This document shows, in pieces, positions 61,420 to 64,000 of a DNA stretch of 64,000 nt. Made by a program: the position numbers and the translations under genes. The notes under the pieces are model-generated. The model saw only the letters and a list, made by a program, of their open reading frames with translations. It made no database searches and was not told where the DNA came from. The stretch's first letter is position 1. The number at the start of each line of letters is the position of its first letter. The stretch comes from Callorhinchus milii (taxonomy: Eukaryota): assembly GCF_018977255.1 (NCBI RefSeq), contig NW_024704742.1, positions 41,604,001-41,668,000 on the forward strand, written 5' to 3'.

Positions 61420-61636
61420 CCGATTTGAAACTATGTGTTTTTCCGGACTTAGGTTAATTGTTTTTAATACGAATGCTCATGGGGAAAATTATTTGATAAA
61501 CCTAATTATTCATATATCCGAATTTCAATTAACTAATCTATATTCTTAAGATTAGGTGTGTAAATAGTTTGTAAATTCTCTTCAATAAACCAAACTATTT
61601 AATTATCTGATATTCAATTAATCAAATTTCACTGTA
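61420..61636. mobile_element. Possible Tigger/pogo-type DNA transposon end
   Basis: Ends 'aaatttcACTGTA' (reverse complement TA-CAGTGAAA...), with repeated 'tatccgaatttcaattaa / tatctgatattcaattaa' subterminal motifs. Confidence 0.4.
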
Positions 61637-62355
61637 GATATTAAAATGAAATCCCTCTGCACTACACTGGTGTCAGTTTAGGCCATTGATAATCTATGTC
61701 CATCCAAATATTGTGCTAAAACAACAGTAAATGGGAGAATGTTTCAGATAATCCTAAAATTGCACCTTCTGAAATACAGTGAAAGCTATATAATGATGTC
61801 ATGCAGCAACCTTTAATGATTCCCTTTTCATGTAATAAAGTATATAATGTTAATCAGCTACAGCAGAAATGGATTTACAGGCCTGTCGTTCGATTGCTGT
61901 AGAGTGTAAACATTTCTGCTTTGTACATGCTTAATGTTCATGCATGTCCAATCTTAGCTCTTTTGTAATAGATTTTATGCAAATACTTGAAAATGAGTCA
62001 TGTTTTTCCCATAGTGATTGGTGCTGTGGGAAGCCACAGGAGTATGTTAATGAACCTTTTAACCTGGACCAGTAATAAGTCATGAATTGCAAACACCTCT
62101 CAGCAGGGAGAGCTCCCAGCTGGCAAGTTTTGATTTGTTCTGTGCTTATCCAATCCATCTCTACCACATATTACATACTGATGCTGGGATGGGAGTGGTT
62201 CATGCTACTAAAAAAAACATAGTATGCAAGAAAGCATGATTTTTTGATAAGTTACCACTTAAGATAAGATTAAGGGATAGATAAATATGATAATTGATGA
62301 TGGGAGATGCACAAATATCAACTCTTTCATTTCATCACCCAAACCTGCAACACAT

Positions 62356-62445
62356 CTCAGCATGAAATGCGTGAGAGCATTGCCACTGTCTTCCTGTCCA
62401 CAGCTCAGGCACAAATTCCTTCCCTTTGAGCGCTGGTTCCACCAA
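62356..62445. repeat. Unclassified dispersed repeat, copy 2
   Basis: See 58294-58385. Confidence 0.75.
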
Positions 62446-62525
62446 TTGGAGATGTGGTGTTTTAAGCAGCGGCGGCTTCCCTCTCTGCAGGCCAATCAAG
62501 GTGGATTCCAGGCACTGGATATACG

Positions 62526-62853
62526 AATAATAATAATAATAATAATCCTTGCATTTGATATAGCGCTTTTCACGTCGGGAGGACGTCCCAAAGCGCTTCA
62601 CAGAACACACTGTAAAGTGAATTGACTGTATATTTGTGGGCGAATGCGGCAGCCAATTGCGCACAGCAATGTCCCACAAACAGTCGTAGATTGAAAATGA
62701 CCAATTTAATTATTGTTTTTAGTTTTTGGAGGGATTATTATTAGGCATGTGGAGTAAGGAAACTTGCGCAAGGTTTCGCCCTCTGCCTGGAATTGAACTC
62801 AGGTCTCTCGCTTGCAAAGCGAGTGCTTTAACCACTGAGCTACAGGACTCCAC
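62526..62853 (-). mobile_element. tRNA-Ala SINE, full length, short form (same subfamily as 11603-11935)
   Basis: Complete; shares diagnostic variants with the 11.6-kb copy. Confidence 0.93.
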
Positions 62854-63443
62854 ATGTTCATGTGTTCATGAACTCAGATTCCAGGAGCACCTTCCAGTAG
62901 CTGTCGCCCCAAGCCTCAGAGATTCCTCATCAGTTATCTGGCAGGCATCTGCCTTCAGTGTGGTGGGAGGACCTTTACAGGACAGCTTGTGACGTGCCAG
63001 CCTCTTCTCGAGGTCCAAGGTCCAATGAATTTCCAATTTTGCAGCTTTGGCAGTTTACAAAGCCCAATGATCTATCATGGTTTTAGCCTTCAAATACAAA
63101 TTAAAAATTTAAATCCATTTAAGAATTTTCCAAATTTCTGCACAATCATCTTACATTTTGAGACATTGTTCTTACTCTAATCTAATCTAGAACAATTAAT
63201 TCATGAGTCATTTTGGGCCTCTGAAGTATTTATTTATTATGATTATTTATTTTATTATTATTAACCTGCATTTTAAGTGTTTGGATTGAACCCGATTCAA
63301 GCACATGGTGGATTAAATTGAACTGGCCTAAAATAAATTAGGTTCTGAATTTAGTTCTGCCATCGTATGGATAGAGAGTGTTCCTCAATATTTCTGGATT
63401 AGATATTACTGTCTGGAACCAGCTTTGAATCACATAAGCTACA

Positions 63444-63766
63444 GGAGTCCTCTAGTTTACTGGTTAGAGCACTCGCCTCACAAGTGAGAGATCTGGTTTC
63501 GATTCCCAGCAGGGCGAAACCTTGGGAAAGTTTCCTTACTCCACATGCCTGATAATAATCCCTCAAGAAAAAAACAATAATAAAATTGTTCACTTCAATC
63601 CACGACTGTTTGTGTGACACTGCTGTGCGCAATTGACTGCCACAGTTTACCCACAAATATACAGTCAATTCACTTTACAATATATTCTATGAAGCGCTTT
63701 GAGATGTCTAGAAGACGTGAAAAGCACTTTATCATATGTGAGGATTATTATTTATTATTATTATTA
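63444..63766 (+). mobile_element. tRNA-Ala SINE, full length, short form
   Basis: Head 'ggagtcctctagtttactggttagagcactcgcc', B box 'gtttcgattccc', (TAT)n tail. Confidence 0.9.
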
Positions 63767-63787
63767 CATCCTGTCTATGCTAGTAAG

Positions 63788-64000
63788 CGTCACACTGGCT
63801 CAGCTGGCAGCATTTTTGTCTCTGGATCAAAAGGTTGTGGGTTCAGGTCCTATTTGGGGGATTTTGAACTCGTACTCCAGGCTGACATTCCAGTGCTGTA
63901 CTGGAGAAGTGTTTAATTGTAGGAGAATCTGTCTGTCTGGGTAAAGATACCATGACATGATTTGTAAAGAGAAAATAGTTTCTCCTGGTGTCCTGGCCAA
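63788..64000 (+). mobile_element. Deu-domain SINE 5' part (runs off the window)
   Basis: Head 'tggctcagctggcagc...aaggttgtgggttcaggtcc...tccaggctgacattccagtgctgtactgg' and 'gtttctcctggtgtcctggccaa'. Confidence 0.7.

Noticed and set aside
11603..63766. Repeated conserved motifs as a CRISPR-like or regularly spaced array
   Set aside because: The copies are irregularly dispersed on both strands with LINE/SINE tails, and the context is eukaryotic.

Overview
Vertebrate, repeat-rich, AT-rich non-coding DNA, probably intronic or intergenic. The repeat families (CR1 3' ends, Deu-domain SINEs, a Penelope-type hammerhead repeat) point to a cartilaginous fish, possibly a chimaera; this is inference. 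I recognise no host protein-coding gene. The long ORFs in the track that I can recognise are decayed L2- or CR1-clade LINE reverse transcriptase fragments. The window contains many 5'-truncated L2 copies, including four with the RT core; several CR1 relics; about 20 copies of a tRNA-Ala-headed SINE in long and short forms; older Deu-domain and other ancient SINEs; and a few MITE/hairpin elements. There is also a candidate solo LTR. Items worth a second look are: a degenerate hammerhead-ribozyme motif (~50.28 kb); cassettes with outward-facing L2 tails at both ends; modular exchange in the main SINE; an unexplained ~100-bp direct repeat with a co-varying stem (29.6/30.6 kb); perfect hairpins; candidate exons; and transcription-factor motif clusters. 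I could not support a clearly new biological system. Repeat boundaries are by eye (about +/-20 bp) and family names come from remembered motifs, not database searches.
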